Notes: a model not told the origin generated them from the sequence alone. Shown: positions 48,793 to 59,588, numbered from the stretch's first letter. The stretch: 64,000 bases of DNA from Anaerohalosphaeraceae bacterium (GCA_963675525.2 CAXXSL010000011.1:609635-673634), one strand, 5' to 3'. Program-made: numbers and translations.

Positions 48793-51700
48793 TTACCCTT
48801 TTAATTTTCCCGGCTTTGAATAGGATCTCGATTGAATCCTTTCGAACTTTTTCTTTTGTTGCTTTTTAGGCATGAGATCGATCACACGGATACTGTCCGT
48901 CCCATAGACAAACTGCCCGCTTTCGAGTTTTACAACCAGCGTGATCTCCTGCATCGTATTGGCCGTCAGCTCATCCCGCAGTAAATCCGCATCATAGAAA
49001 GCGACAACACTGGCCCTGCGATGCCACCCTCGCCCGGCCCGCAGAACCCGTTGCCACGCCGGCTCAATTTCCCCCGGCAGCAAAAGCATGGATTCATCCG
49101 GATCAAGGGCATCGGCCCCAACGCCGTCCGGCAAAGTCAGCCAGCCGACAATTTTATCCGAATGCCGCTTCAGATTGAATACCCGCGGCAAAACCCGCGC
49201 ATCCCCTTCGATCGCCTCAACCACGGTAACAACACACCAATCCGGCTCCGAATCCTCAACCCCGTCATTGACGATCAACGTGATCACATGCTCACCAACC
49301 CCCAGCACCACATTCGGCTCCGCCCCCGTAGCGATCAACTCATCGGCATCGTTATACCAGAAATACGCCAGCGCATCCCCATCAGCATCGTAACTGCCTG
49401 TACCATCCAACTGCACATCGGCCAACCCATCAATCCACGCATAAACCGTCTGGTTACCCCCCGCATCCGCAACCGGACTGTAATTAAACTCATAAGCCCC
49501 CATGTCCACGGCCAAACCTTTAAGTCTTGGATTGCCATCTAAGTCTAACTCATTTGGATCGGGCACATAATCAGGGTTGCCCGCATCAATACAGGGAGAA
49601 TTTTCCTGAAGATTATAAACGCCTGAATACCATGCATCATCTGTCCAATCCTCTGAAGTCCCTCTATCGTCCCAATATCCCGGAATACTGAATTGGGGGA
49701 CTTCTGCGAGATTCCCATTGCCATAAGCTACCTGTAAAGATTCCCCATCAAAAACATCTCCGTCATTCATTTGTAAACAATTATAATTCAATGTTACAAT
49801 GCTATTCCCCGGATATTGCGGGTACTCTTGGGCAATCTGACTTCCTAAAGAAGAAATGTTCTCAACAATAATGCTGTTTTCCACATCAAGAGAAGACTCA
49901 TTGAAAGCCCAAATTCCACCTCCAATAACACCTGCTTTATTGCCGACTAATGTGCAATTACTCAAAGAAGGAGAGGAATCATTTTCACATGAAATACCAC
50001 CACCTCCAAACTGGGCATAATTTCCTTCAATAAGTGAGTTTTTGATTGTAGGATTTGAATTCAAAAAACATATAATCCCACCACCGATACCATATCCATC
50101 ATGCTGTTCTGTAACAACATTGTCTTTTATTATACAATTCGAAATTGCTGGGCTGCAATTTTCTAATAATATTCCTCCCCCATCATTATTTTGGATATTG
50201 CATAAGATGATGTTGCTGGCTTGTATTTCGTCATGAATTGATCTGCAATAGATGGCAGGACCTGCATAGTTATTACTGATTTCACAGTTTTTAATCAACA
50301 CATTATTATAACAATAAATCCCCGTCATATTGTTGATGATTTCACAACCCTCTAATACAGCACCCCATGTCATAAAAATCGAGCCGAAATACCGGGACAC
50401 TTGACAATTTTCAATTCTACAGTCTTTCAGGACTACATTGCCATGCATTTCAACAGGGCTGCGCTCTTGAGATTCAATGGCATTTATGATTGTTAAGCCT
50501 TTGATTACTAAACTTGCATCGGATTCCAGTGAGCAATAGATGGCAGGATGATCCCTCTCGCAGTCTATTATGCAATTCTCCGGTCCATTTTTACTGCGAA
50601 TCATTATGGACTTATAAATATACATCATGGCGTTTTCCGTACCGGTATAAACCCCATCATCGATGACAATCGTATCTCCATTACGCGCATAATCCACCGC
50701 TTCCTGAATGGATGCAAACTGTGATGGAACAGGAAGAGTCTCTCCAATATTAACGAATAAAACCCGTATGACCTGAGGACTGTTCAACGCATCTGGGCTT
50801 GAAACAGTCAACTCCGCAGAATAATTCCCTGCTTCCAATTCGGGTGGGATTGTCAATATGATTTCTTGTGTTTCTGACGAAATGGTTCCCGCACTGGGTG
50901 TAACATCAAGCCATGGAGGAATATTAATAATTTGCCACGTAAATTCACCTTCACCACTATTGGACATTTCAAGTTTATACTCGTCTGGTTGTGATCCCCC
51001 AGTATGGTTGATCAATTCAATATCCCACGCTGACAAAGAAATAACCGGGAAATCACTTTTAAGAGCTTCATAAGCCCCCATGTCAACAACCAGTTTTCCA
51101 TCGTAATCTCCATCGAGTACACGGGGATTTCCAGCAAGATCATACTTTGCTGAAACATATGAATTCTTTCCAGTTTCAATGCAGGGAGATCCAATACCTA
51201 ATCGTAGATCGTGTTGTATGGGGTCAATGAAGTGTGGATCAGCATCAATGTTGCTGTCTTCCCACATAATAACCGAAGGTGGTGGCGTATCATACCTATC
51301 ATCAAAATAATCACTTATGCGAATATCTTCTTTCCCACCCTGAATACAGGAATGATCAATTTCTATATAGTCATTGCCGATTTGAATCTGACTTAGTCGA
51401 TCGTATTTTCCCGTTTGCCAATTATAGCCATAGTTACCCCATATTATTGAATTAGATATCTGAATAGAGCAACCTGCAAAAGAATCGATCCCTCCGGCAG
51501 CATAGGATATATTTCCGTAAATTGTGCTATTTATGATTTTCGGATGACTTCTATTGTCGCATGCAATGCCAACACCGTAATTCCACGCAATCAAGCAATT
51601 GATGATTTGGGGACTGCTGCCCGGAGAACCACCAAAGTGAGTTGCACCATTATGATTATTAGTGATTACACAATTTTCAATAATCGGGTGACTTGCGATA

Positions 51701-53178
51701 GTGTAAATTCCTCCCCCCTCACCATGACCTGCGGTATTGTCAGAAATTGTACATTCAAAGATATATGGTTTTGAGCCGGCATGGCAATAAATCCCTCCGC
51801 CACCTTGCCGTTCACCTGTCGTATTGTTTTTTAAAATACAATTTTTAATTGTTGGATTTGACCGATATTTACATGCAATCGCACCACCACCATTAAAAGG
51901 GGTGTCTTCAGTTGTCCCGTTAATAATGGTTATCCCATCGAGGATACTATTCCTTGACTCCCCGGAATGGAAATTGAATCCTCGGTGTGGGTCCTGCTCT
52001 GTTCCTTGACAATCTATGATACAATTTTCCGGACCGTTTTCACTTTTAACGGTAATTGCCTTTCCTTGGAAATCAATATCCCGGTTCCCCTCTCCAGTAT
52101 AAATCCCGTCCCGAACGAACACAGTATCTCCGTCTTGAGCCGCATTAATCGCTGCCTGAATCGTTGGATATATCCCCGGTACATAAATGTCACCAATTCC
52201 CAGGAAAACGGTAATGGCCTGCGGGCTGTTGTTCGCATTCGAGTCAGTCACATCAAACACATACTGATAGAAATCCTGATCGCGACCTGTCGTATCCACC
52301 GAAAGCGTTACCGGCTCACTTGCGTTATTTCCCAGCACGCCGGAGGTCGGTGTTACGGTCAGCCAGTCCGGCTTATCCGTCAAATCCAGCGACCAGTTGA
52401 CCACGCCGCCACCCGGGTTTTGAACAGTCAGGGTTTGATCCACCGGATTAGCGCCGGCTTCATCGGCAGAAAATAGTAACCTATTCGATGAGACACTTAA
52501 CACCGGCCCGACAATGTCATCAATTTCCGCCTCGCTCAGCGCCCGGTCATAAATCCGCACATCGTCGATGAGACCCTCGAAATATCTTTCTCCAATATAA
52601 TACATCCCGATCTGTACGTTTTGGTAGCTGCCCGTATTAACGGGTTCATCAACAGATGCGCTGATCGTCTCAAGATTGCCGTCGACATACAGCCGCACTT
52701 CTGTAATATCGGGAGAGCTGTCATCTTCCAGGACGACCGCGATATAGTGCCAGTCGCCGTCGTTGATCAGCGTGGTTCCGATGATATTGCCGCCTTGCAC
52801 TTCCGCGCGAAGCTGGCCGCCCTCATTGACGCGAATGACCCAGCGACCGCCACTGTTATTATCGCCCCATGTGATAATTTCGCCCGTTGGCTGTGTGGTG
52901 TTGATCCAGGCCATACAGGTCCGGCTGGCGCCGCCGGGAATGCCTGTATAGCCGGGGATTTCCACGTAATCATCAAGACCATCCAGCGAAAGACACGCGT
53001 TAATTAAACCGTCCGATGCCCAGACAGGACCGTTCACACAAATCCCATCCAATTCATGACCGCTGGCATCCTCGGCATTACCGTCCAATGGCCAATACGC
53101 AACCAATGAATCGTTCGCGAATACAAACCCGCCGAGTGTGACCATGACGATGGCAAAGAAATAAAAAAAACTCCTCAT
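48793..53178 (-). CDS. Large secreted protein: LamG + BACON-like + two right-handed beta-helix (choice-of-anchor Q-like) repeats + PKD-like domain
   Basis: LVAYWPLDG..DDVRIYDRALS; two VP..TIQ.A..GD..ENGPENCIIDC repeats each ending DMGAYE; PVADAG. Confidence 0.9.
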   Translation of the reverse strand: MRSFFYFFAIVMVTLGGFVFANDSLVAYWPLDGNAEDASGHELDGICVNGPVWASDGLINACLSLDGLDDYVEIPGYTGIPGGASRTCMAWINTTQPTGEIITWGDNNSGGRWVIRVNEGGQLRAEVQGGNIIGTTLINDGDWHYIAVVLEDDSSPDITEVRLYVDGNLETISASVDEPVNTGSYQNVQIGMYYIGERYFEGLIDDVRIYDRALSEAEIDDIVGPVLSVSSNRLLFSADEAGANPVDQTLTVQNPGGGVVNWSLDLTDKPDWLTVTPTSGVLGNNASEPVTLSVDTTGRDQDFYQYVFDVTDSNANNSPQAITVFLGIGDIYVPGIYPTIQAAINAAQDGDTVFVRDGIYTGEGNRDIDFQGKAITVKSENGPENCIIDCQGTEQDPHRGFNFHSGESRNSILDGITIINGTTEDTPFNGGGAIACKYRSNPTIKNCILKNNTTGERQGGGGIYCHAGSKPYIFECTISDNTAGHGEGGGIYTIASHPIIENCVITNNHNGATHFGGSPGSSPQIINCLIAWNYGVGIACDNRSHPKIINSTIYGNISYAAGGIDSFAGCSIQISNSIIWGNYGYNWQTGKYDRLSQIQIGNDYIEIDHSCIQGGKEDIRISDYFDDRYDTPPPSVIMWEDSNIDADPHFIDPIQHDLRLGIGSPCIETGKNSYVSAKYDLAGNPRVLDGDYDGKLVVDMGAYEALKSDFPVISLSAWDIELINHTGGSQPDEYKLEMSNSGEGEFTWQIINIPPWLDVTPSAGTISSETQEIILTIPPELEAGNYSAELTVSSPDALNSPQVIRVLFVNIGETLPVPSQFASIQEAVDYARNGDTIVIDDGVYTGTENAMMYIYKSIMIRSKNGPENCIIDCERDHPAIYCSLESDASLVIKGLTIINAIESQERSPVEMHGNVVLKDCRIENCQVSRYFGSIFMTWGAVLEGCEIINNMTGIYCYNNVLIKNCEISNNYAGPAIYCRSIHDEIQASNIILCNIQNNDGGGILLENCSPAISNCIIKDNVVTEQHDGYGIGGGIICFLNSNPTIKNSLIEGNYAQFGGGGISCENDSSPSLSNCTLVGNKAGVIGGGIWAFNESSLDVENSIIVENISSLGSQIAQEYPQYPGNSIVTLNYNCLQMNDGDVFDGESLQVAYGNGNLAEVPQFSIPGYWDDRGTSEDWTDDAWYSGVYNLQENSPCIDAGNPDYVPDPNELDLDGNPRLKGLAVDMGAYEFNYSPVADAGGNQTVYAWIDGLADVQLDGTGSYDADGDALAYFWYNDADELIATGAEPNVVLGVGEHVITLIVNDGVEDSEPDWCVVTVVEAIEGDARVLPRVFNLKRHSDKIVGWLTLPDGVGADALDPDESMLLLPGEIEPAWQRVLRAGRGWHRRASVVAFYDADLLRDELTANTMQEITLVVKLESGQFVYGTDSIRVIDLMPKKQQKKKFERIQSRSYSKPGKLKG

Positions 53179-53947
53179 TTTTAGTCTCCCTCAAAAGAGT
53201 TTTCCGCAATGGACCTTAATTATATGGTTTCGGGCCTTTAAAATCAAGAATTTCCGGACATGTCTGATTCTCGACCATCGGTCAGTGATTGTGTTGGACA
53301 GGCGCACTTGCATTGTCTCGTTCCTCTCATTAAATGCCCCTATAAGATTGTGTAGGCTTATAAAAACATAACGAACAGACGTACGGATTTAGTATAGCCA
53401 AAATGAAATTATGCAAAATTTACATTCCTTAAAAATAAGATATAAGATAAATAAGTCCCGTCGCTCACCGCGCAGCGACACACCGCTCGTTTGAAACTAA
53501 AGAGACATATGATGTTGTAATATAGAATGATGGCCGCGAAGACAGGGGTAATGAAATATGAAGACAAAAAATTATAACATTCGTTCGTTATGAATTCCCC
53601 TTCTTCTATTTTCAAATAATACACCATAATTATAGCCGGTCTTGTCCGGAATGCAACAAAAAAATCCAAAAATCCACGTATTCCTGTATTCCTACACTGC
53701 CTCCTGCCAAACCCTTCTGCCTGATCAAAGGAATCCCCCGCCACACCAAGTGACGGCTGATTAAAATGGGTCGGTGGACGCAGAAATGATTTTCGAGCAC
53801 TTCCGGCCTGTTTTAAGCAGATAGGAGCGTCAAAAACGCTCCGGCGATTCCAATTAATGCACTTCATGGTTGAAATAATTCCCGTTAATCCCGTTAATCC
53901 TGTCTAAAAAATCTGTGAAAATCCGTGTCATTCCGCGGTGAAAATAA

Positions 53948-54683
53948 AGCCATCTGGAAGACTTCCACAACTAAGAACTAAAACCTGAAAACTCAAAACT
54001 AATTGTTTGCCATTTATCTAACTTATGGTATAATACGCCTTGCCGTGCCATAGCCTTGGCGGCGGCAGGAAAATTGAAGTGTTATTTGAAAATTGACTGA
54101 AGAATCGAACAAAAGCGTGGAGCGGCAGCGACACGATAATCCCGCCCAAAGTGTCAATTCAAAGGGAAGTTAGCATTTTAAAACAATGCTTTTTTACAAA
54201 ACGAACCCAATCACGTCATCCTGAGCGCAGTCGAAGGATCTATTTAAATAGCCATCCGGAGGAAATCCACATTCTTGAGTTCTTGTGTTCTGGAGTTCAT
54301 GAGTTCTTGGAACAACCTTTTATACAAAACGAACCCAATTTTCAAGCAAGCAAAATCACCGTAAACGTTTTTTCCCTAAAGACTAAAGACCATGGACTAA
54401 GGACTTCCCCTACAAATACGAACCCAAACCAAACCCAATACGAACCCAATTTCGCCCCCAAGTACCCCCTACTCGCGCACCCCGTTTCCAGCCCAAAATC
54501 GCACGTTTCGCTTTGGAAAAATCAAAAATCCCCCTTTTTGACCCCGCCAACCCCAAAAAAAACGAACCCAATTTAACCCCCAAGTAGCACCTCGACAGGA
54601 ATGCAATATACCGCACTCAAACCCCCCAACGGACGCAACACCCCCGTTTTCAATAGCGCCACACGAACCCAAACAAACCCAAA
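53948..54683 (+). repeat. Composite dispersed element, copy B
   Basis: Shares leader, promoter and CGAACCCAATT array spacing with 6708-7353. Confidence 0.85.
54007..54034 (+). promoter_or_regulatory. Sigma70-type promoter with extended -10
   Basis: TTGCCA-N16-TATAAT with TGn; homologous to 6774-6801. Confidence 0.65.
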
Positions 54684-54741
54684 AATGTCATCCCGGACTC
54701 CGATCCGGGGCAAACCCATTTTCTCTGTGATCTCTGTAGCC

Positions 54742-54774
54742 AAAAAAAAGACCCGGAAAAGTTCCGGGTCTCTT
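54742..54774 (-). terminator. Rho-independent terminator of clpX
   Basis: A-run then AGACCCGGAA-loop-TTCCGGGTCT. Confidence 0.85.
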
Positions 54775-54802
54775 GTAGGTTATCTTAATTTTCTAAAAAG
54801 CG

Positions 54803-56077
54803 TTAAGCCGATTCTTTCCGGAGTTGTCGAGCCTTCTCGAACAGATTCACCTTGCCCTCAATAACTTCCGGCGTAATGGTATAGTCACCGGGCTTGGGTT
54901 CTTCCGGCAGGTCATACATCAGGTCCACCATGATCTCTTCCATCGTCGCCCGCAAGGCACGCGCCCCGGTGTCACGCTTCATCGCGTTAACCGCCAGCAT
55001 CTTCAACGCCTCATCGGTAAACTTCAACTCCGCCTCTTCCATCTCAAACAGCTTCTGGTATTGCTTAACCAGCGCATTCTTCGGCTCGGTCAATATCTGA
55101 ACCAGCGCCTCTTCATCCAGCGCCGACAGCGTGGTAATGATCGGCAGCCGCCCCACCATTTCCGGGATCATACCATAAGCGATAACATCTTCCGGCGTCG
55201 CCTGCGCGATGATCTCACTGTAGTCGGCCTTCTTATCGTGGTGTGCCTGGTGCTCGCTGTTGAAACCGATCATGCGTTTACCGAGACGTTTCTTGACGAT
55301 ATTGTCCAGCCCGACAAACGTCCCGCCGCAAATGAACATGATCTGCGACGTATCGATCTGGATATAATTCTGCTCGGGGTGTTTCCGGCCGCCCTGCGGA
55401 GGAATATTCGCCGTGGTCCCTTCCAGCATTTTCAGCAGAGCCTGCTGAACGCCTTCGCCGGAGACATCACGCGTGATCGAAACATTCTGATTGGTCTTGC
55501 CGATCTTGTCGATCTCATCGACATAAACGATGCCGCGCTGAGCCGCTTCAATATCATAGTCCGCCGCCTGCAGCAGCCGCAGCAGAAAGTTTTCCACATC
55601 TTCGCCCACATACCCCGCCTCCGTCACCGTCGTCGCATCACAAATAGCAAACGGCACATGAAGCATCCGCGCCAGCGTTTTAGCCAGCAGCGTCTTGCCC
55701 GAACCGGTCGGCCCGATCAGCAGAATGTTCGACTTTTCGATCTCGATATTCTCATCTTCGCTGTCGGCATGAAGCAGCCGTTTATAGTGGTTGTGGACCG
55801 CCACCGCCAGGCTTTTCTTGGCGCGATTCTGCCCGATAACGTACTGGTCCAGAAATTCCTTGATCTCACGCGGTTTCGGAACTTCTTCAAATAATGCATT
55901 GGCACCGCTCGTCCGCCGGCGTTCCTGCCGGACGATGTTATAGCACAGATCGATGCACTCCGGGCAGATAAAGACCCCGCCCGGGCCTTCGACAAAAGCA
56001 TCCACTTGTTTTTTGGTGCGCCCGCAAAAACTGCACGCCTCACGTTTATTATTGTCCTTGCCAGATGACTTCGCCAT
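54803..56077 (-). CDS. clpX: ATP-dependent Clp protease ATP-binding subunit
   Basis: CSFC..CPEC zinc finger, [25 protein letters not shown] loop, TGARALR. Confidence 0.99.
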   Translation of the reverse strand: MAKSSGKDNNKREACSFCGRTKKQVDAFVEGPGGVFICPECIDLCYNIVRQERRRTSGANALFEEVPKPREIKEFLDQYVIGQNRAKKSLAVAVHNHYKRLLHADSEDENIEIEKSNILLIGPTGSGKTLLAKTLARMLHVPFAICDATTVTEAGYVGEDVENFLLRLLQAADYDIEAAQRGIVYVDEIDKIGKTNQNVSITRDVSGEGVQQALLKMLEGTTANIPPQGGRKHPEQNYIQIDTSQIMFICGGTFVGLDNIVKKRLGKRMIGFNSEHQAHHDKKADYSEIIAQATPEDVIAYGMIPEMVGRLPIITTLSALDEEALVQILTEPKNALVKQYQKLFEMEEAELKFTDEALKMLAVNAMKRDTGARALRATMEEIMVDLMYDLPEEPKPGDYTITPEVIEGKVNLFEKARQLRKESA

Positions 56078-56146
56078 AATAGAGCGGCTCCTGATTTTTG
56101 AAAATTCGTCTTTTTTGAATTATAATGACACAAATCCCACATTGGG

Positions 56147-56175
56147 ATTATACCATATTAATTTTTTGATTGCAA
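56147..56175 (-). promoter_or_regulatory. Putative sigma70 promoter of clpX
   Basis: TTGCAA-N17-TATAAT with extended TG on the minus strand. Confidence 0.6.
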
Positions 56176-56204
56176 GAAAACGCTGTTTGACCCCAAAAGC
56201 AAAG

Positions 56205-56702
56205 CTATGGATCAATTCGAAACGTAATATCCTTGGCCCCCATCACATATAATACATCATAAACTTTAACCACAATGTCCCATGCCACCGCATCGTCACA
56301 ATACAGCTCCACCGGCTGGAAACCCGCAGTCTCGACCCGCCCCTGAACGATCCGCGTCAACACTAACAGTCCCTCCTGCGGGTTTTGGGCCGAAAGTGTA
56401 ATCCCGGTGCGGTCACCCACCCGGATCACGCAGCCGTCCGGGGCCGCTTTGACATGGATCGGCAGCGGTTCCTGAGCGGCCGGCGGCGTCAATGCCTGGG
56501 CACCGCTGACCGAGATCGGCAAAAGTTGTTCGGGTTCCTGGAATTTCGCCGTCAATACGAAAAACGTCAGCAGCAGAAAAATCACATCGATCATCGGTGT
56601 CATGCGAATCCCGATGGCCGGTTTTCGGCGGCTGATACCCGATGTCGCTACCTGAAAAAATGCGTTCGTAACATGTGAATCGGCTGTTAAGGACATGCAC
56701 AA
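56205..56702 (-). CDS. ExbD/TolR family protein
   Basis: MTPMIDVIFLLLTFFVL; C-terminal VVKVYDVL..GAKDITF. Confidence 0.88.
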   Translation of the reverse strand: MCMSLTADSHVTNAFFQVATSGISRRKPAIGIRMTPMIDVIFLLLTFFVLTAKFQEPEQLLPISVSGAQALTPPAAQEPLPIHVKAAPDGCVIRVGDRTGITLSAQNPQEGLLVLTRIVQGRVETAGFQPVELYCDDAVAWDIVVKVYDVLYVMGAKDITFRIDP

Positions 56703-56711
56703 AAACCTTTT

Positions 56712-57287
56712 CTATTTATGACAGACCTGTGCGGCCGATATCAATACACTGCGTTCGGCGCCGGTCTGTAATGCGTTCAGATTCAGGGTCACCAGTTCGG
56801 GTTTTTTGCTGCCGAACAGGTCCTGGAGTCCCTGCTTAATGCTTTCCATCGAAACCAGTTTGGTGTGGTGAACAAAAGCGCCAAGGGCCACGATATTGGC
56901 CACCCTGAGGTTGCCCAGTTCATGGGCGATCTCCGTAGCGGTAATCTCGATCCGCTGCAGGTCGTCGCGCTGCGGCGGACGCTGTGTCAGGGAGGTATTG
57001 AGAAGCATCAACCCGCCGGCCACAATATCCGGCTCAAAACGCTCCAGTGACGGATGATTGAGAAAAATCGCGTGCGTCGGATGCGTTACGAACGGACAGG
57101 CGATCTCTTCGTCGCTGATGATCACGGTTGCGTTGGCGGTTCCGCCGCGCATCTCAGCACCGTAGGAAACCATCCCCGTCACATTTTTATTCTCGATCAC
57201 ACAGGCCCGGGCAATAATGTTTCCGATCACCACAATGCCCTGCCCGCCGAAACCGGCCATGATAATGTTTGCCTGCTGCTTATCCAT
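56712..57287 (-). CDS. 2-oxoacid:ferredoxin oxidoreductase gamma subunit
   Basis: AGFGGQG, SYGAEMRGG, NIVALGA. Confidence 0.95.
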   Translation of the reverse strand: MDKQQANIIMAGFGGQGIVVIGNIIARACVIENKNVTGMVSYGAEMRGGTANATVIISDEEIACPFVTHPTHAIFLNHPSLERFEPDIVAGGLMLLNTSLTQRPPQRDDLQRIEITATEIAHELGNLRVANIVALGAFVHHTKLVSMESIKQGLQDLFGSKKPELVTLNLNALQTGAERSVLISAAQVCHK

Positions 57288-57293
57288 ATCCTT

Positions 57294-58025
57294 TTATTTA
57301 TCCTTGTAAACGCCCAGCGGAAAATATGTTTTCATCTCTTTGTTAACGAAATCGATCGCCTTGGCCGTCGACATTTTCCAATCCGTCGGGCACATTGAAA
57401 GTACTTCCACCAGCGAAAATCCTTTTCCGTCGATCTGATTTTGAAAGGCTTTTTTGATCGCCTTTTTGGCATTGGCGACATCTTTGGGCGTGCTGACCGC
57501 CACCCGTTCCAGGTAACAGACCCCGTCCAGCGAACTGAGTAATTCACAGACTTTCATCGGCGACCCTTCTCCGTGTCCGCCCCGGCCGTCCTGCGTGGTC
57601 GTGCTGAACATGCCGGTCAGGGTGGTCGGGGCCATCTGCCCGCCGGTCATGCCGTAGATGGCGTTGTTGACAAAGATCACGGTAATGTTTTCGCCGCGAT
57701 TGGCCGCGTGGATGGTTTCGGCCGTTCCGATCGCCGCCAGGTCGCCATCCCCCTGATAGGTAAAGACGATCGTATCAGGCTGAACCCGCTTGATGCCCGT
57801 TGCCACCGCCGGCGGCCGCCCGTGGGAACACTCGATGATATCACAGTTAAAATAATCATATAACAGCACCGCACAGCCAACCGGGGCAGTGCCGATCGTA
57901 CGTTCGCGAATGCCCAGTTCCTCGATCACCTCGGCCACCAGCCGGTGCGCGATCCCATGACCGCAGCCGGGACAATAGTGCGTTTGAGCATCCTTCATCA
58001 CTTTGGTTCGTTTCAGCGTCGGCAT
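57294..58025 (-). CDS. 2-oxoacid:ferredoxin oxidoreductase beta (TPP-binding) subunit, VOR-type
   Basis: [25 protein letters not shown]. Confidence 0.95.
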   Translation of the reverse strand: MPTLKRTKVMKDAQTHYCPGCGHGIAHRLVAEVIEELGIRERTIGTAPVGCAVLLYDYFNCDIIECSHGRPPAVATGIKRVQPDTIVFTYQGDGDLAAIGTAETIHAANRGENITVIFVNNAIYGMTGGQMAPTTLTGMFSTTTQDGRGGHGEGSPMKVCELLSSLDGVCYLERVAVSTPKDVANAKKAIKKAFQNQIDGKGFSLVEVLSMCPTDWKMSTAKAIDFVNKEMKTYFPLGVYKDK

Positions 58026-58068
58026 CTACAATATCTTTCAAGTCTTGCAAAACGTATCATCTATTTTT

Positions 58069-58192
58069 ACCACGAAGGACATAAAGAACAGCTTGTCATG
58101 CCGGGCTTGACCCGGCATCCAGTGGGTTACGCTCTGGATCCCGGCTCGGAGGCCGGGATGACAACAAACATCAACTTCGTGTTCTTCATGGT
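58069..58192. repeat. Nested palindromic element within the oxidoreductase operon
   Basis: Inner TTGTCATGCCGGGCTTGACCCGGCATCCAG..CTGGATCCCGGCTCGGAGGCCGGGATGACAA (58093-58164); outer ACCACGAAGGACATAAAG/CTTCGTGTTCTTCATGGT. Confidence 0.85.
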
Positions 58193-59274
58193 TAAGCATT
58201 CCCTTTTCCCGCGACCGATCCTGCCATTGCTTCGATCTTTTCGAGAATAATTTCTTCGGTCGGATACCAGCCGCCGCCCTTGCCGAGAAACTCCACCGGC
58301 AGCTTGCATTCGGTGGCCAGTTTGACATCTTCAATAAACTGGCCGTGGCTCATTTCAACAACCAGTATTTGGCCGGCCGTTTGGGCGACATTCAAAAACG
58401 ACTCTTTCGGAAACGGCCAGAGTGTAATCGGCCGGACCAATCCGGCGGCAATTCCTTTCTTCCGGGCTTCGCGAACCGCGCCTTTGGCGATGCGCCCGGT
58501 GATGCCGTAAGCGGCAACAACGATTTCCGCATCTGCGGTTTCGTATTCTTCACAGAAGGACAATTCCGACTCGATCCGTTTGTATTTTTCCTGTAAGTGT
58601 TCGTTATGTGCCACCAGTCCGTCGGCTGGTTTCAGGACCAGCGTCTTGACGACACGCGGCGGGCGCCCCTTACAGCCATCCAGCACAAAATCTTTTTGAG
58701 GCAGATCAACAATGGGCTTGTATGGCGTCAGTTCGACCGGCTCGGCTATCTGCCCCAGGATCCCATCGCCCAATATCATCACCGGGTTGCGATAGAGATC
58801 GGCCCAGTCAAACGCGTTCATCGTCAATTGGTACAGTTCCTGAAGCGTCGAAGGCCCCAGCACGATGAGGCGGTAATCACCATGTCCGCCGCCCTTGACC
58901 GCCTGAAAATAATCGGCCTGCGAGGCGCGGATGTTCCCCAGCCCCGGTCCGCCCCGCTGCATATTGGCGATCACGCACGGCAGCTCGGCGGCGGCGATGT
59001 AGCTGATGCCCTCCTGTTTCAAGCTGATGCCGGGCGATGATGAACTGGTCATGCACCGCGCTCCGGCCGCCGACGCGCCGAAGATCATATTGATCGCGGC
59101 GATCTCGCTTTCGGCCTGCACGAATACGCCGTCAACTTCCGGCATGCGCCAGGACATATATTCGGGAACTTCGTTTTGAGGCGTAATGGGGTAACCGGCG
59201 AAAAACCGACAGCCCGCCTGAACGGCGGCCTCGGACATCACTTCATTTCCCTTTAGCAGTATCTTTTGGCCCAT
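58192..59274 (-). CDS. 2-oxoacid:ferredoxin oxidoreductase alpha subunit (VorB-like)
   Basis: GYPITPQ, QAESE, SSSPGISLKQE, RGGPGLG. Confidence 0.95.
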   Translation of the reverse strand: MGQKILLKGNEVMSEAAVQAGCRFFAGYPITPQNEVPEYMSWRMPEVDGVFVQAESEIAAINMIFGASAAGARCMTSSSSPGISLKQEGISYIAAAELPCVIANMQRGGPGLGNIRASQADYFQAVKGGGHGDYRLIVLGPSTLQELYQLTMNAFDWADLYRNPVMILGDGILGQIAEPVELTPYKPIVDLPQKDFVLDGCKGRPPRVVKTLVLKPADGLVAHNEHLQEKYKRIESELSFCEEYETADAEIVVAAYGITGRIAKGAVREARKKGIAAGLVRPITLWPFPKESFLNVAQTAGQILVVEMSHGQFIEDVKLATECKLPVEFLGKGGGWYPTEEIILEKIEAMAGSVAGKGNA

Positions 59275-59333
59275 GAGGCAACTAACTCCCTTTTCAATGA
59301 TCCGGCCGCCATCCCGGCAACCACTTTTTCAAT

Positions 59334-59588
59334 CTAATCGCTCGTGTCGTCCCCGGCCGCCTTGCATTGGCATTTGGACCGTTCTTCTTTGTTCACTTCG
59401 ATGGCCCCGTCCGGGCACATCCGGAAACACAGACCGCACGTCGTACACGTCTGCTCATCGACCAGCTCCGGATACGGCTGGCCCTGTTCGTTGAGTTGGG
59501 AGGACATGCGCAGATTGTTCGTGGGACAAAAAAGAACACACAGACCGCATCCTTTGCACCGATGCGTATCAAACTCAATTTTAGCCAT
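59334..59588 (-). CDS. 2x[4Fe-4S] ferredoxin (oxidoreductase delta subunit)
   Basis: CKGCGLCVLFCP and CTTCGLCFRMCP. Confidence 0.93.
   Translation of the reverse strand: MAKIEFDTHRCKGCGLCVLFCPTNNLRMSSQLNEQGQPYPELVDEQTCTTCGLCFRMCPDGAIEVNKEERSKCQCKAAGDDTSD

Noticed and set aside
53230..53867. 152 aa ORF 53409-53867 as a real gene
   Set aside because: Its 5' half crosses repeat and promoter-like DNA, and its 3' half looks like a decayed AT-rich fragment with no recognisable motif.
54824..55894. Long antisense ORFs, for example 356 aa opposite clpX and 290 aa opposite the AarF gene
   Set aside because: Shadow ORFs expected from GC-rich codon bias on the coding strand.
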